A DNA stretch of 64,000 bases, taken from an uncultured Thermodesulfobacteriota bacterium. Lineage in GTDB: Bacteria; Desulfobacterota; B13-G15. The number at the start of each line of letters is the position of its first letter. Position 1 is the stretch's first letter. The DNA is taken from NCBI GenBank assembly GCA_964611295.1, contig CAZSWV010000001.1:1869-65868 (forward strand). Reading direction: 5' to 3'. Below the pieces are notes generated by a model. That model saw nothing but the letters and a program-made list of their open reading frames with translations, was not told the DNA's origin and did not search any database. Both the position numbers and the translations under genes were made by a program. This document shows, one piece after another, positions 63,952-64,000 of this stretch.

Positions 63952-64000
63952 GAGGTGAGGCCATCGGAGGACTTTTCTCTGCACTTCTGGACAACGCAAG

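Overview
The window looks like a chromosomal segment from a thermophilic anaerobic bacterium. Arg is mostly AGG/AGA, the proteins are Glu/Lys/Val-rich, and genes are tightly packed with many 4-nt start/stop overlaps. The lineage cannot be fixed from the window; Thermodesulfobacteriota-like is only a guess. No CRISPR array, transposase, integrase or prophage signal was seen.

Layout:
- 1-12.2 kb (+): distal S10, spc and alpha ribosomal-protein operons, from the rplW 3' end to rplQ. They include secY, adk, infA and rpoA. rpmJ is GTG-started and missing from the ORF track.
- 12.2-19.0 kb (-): one overlapping operon. It encodes an 1125-aa protein with a GH130 phosphorylase-like C-terminus, gpsA, two DHH phosphoesterases and an adenosine-specific-kinase-like protein.
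- 19.1-23.7 kb (+): ruvB, purF, pyrE, an alpha/beta hydrolase, a SagB-type nitroreductase and a small ORF.
- 23.7-29.8 kb: tRNA-Glu(UUC), an 1831-aa head-to-tail double UvrA, and a SlyD-type FKBP gene.
- 29.9-44.6 kb (+): a TetR-led 12-gene operon. It combines an acyl-CoA dehydrogenase, EtfBA and a soluble CCG Fe-S protein with three HdrA-type flavoproteins, HdrBC, MvhD and an FrhB-like protein. One HdrA is internally duplicated and one carries a GltD/NfnB-type insertion.
- 44.6-46.5 kb (-): a ZIP metal transporter and an MBL hydrolase.
- 46.6-64 kb (+): Fe-ADH, tungsten-type aldehyde:ferredoxin oxidoreductase and a MoaD-like protein, then a complete Liv-type ABC importer and a secreted rhodanese. 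Next comes a five-gene corrinoid methyltransferase system (corrinoid protein, URO-D-family MT, MetH-activation-like protein, RACo-type activator, pterin-binding MeTr). A second, ~80-85% identical copy of the binding protein follows, then a separately promoted pair of ABC ATPases.

Best candidates for undescribed biology:
- the Hdr/Etf/acyl-CoA dehydrogenase operon
- the fused double UvrA
- the GH130 fusion protein
- the transporter-flanked corrinoid methyltransferase island
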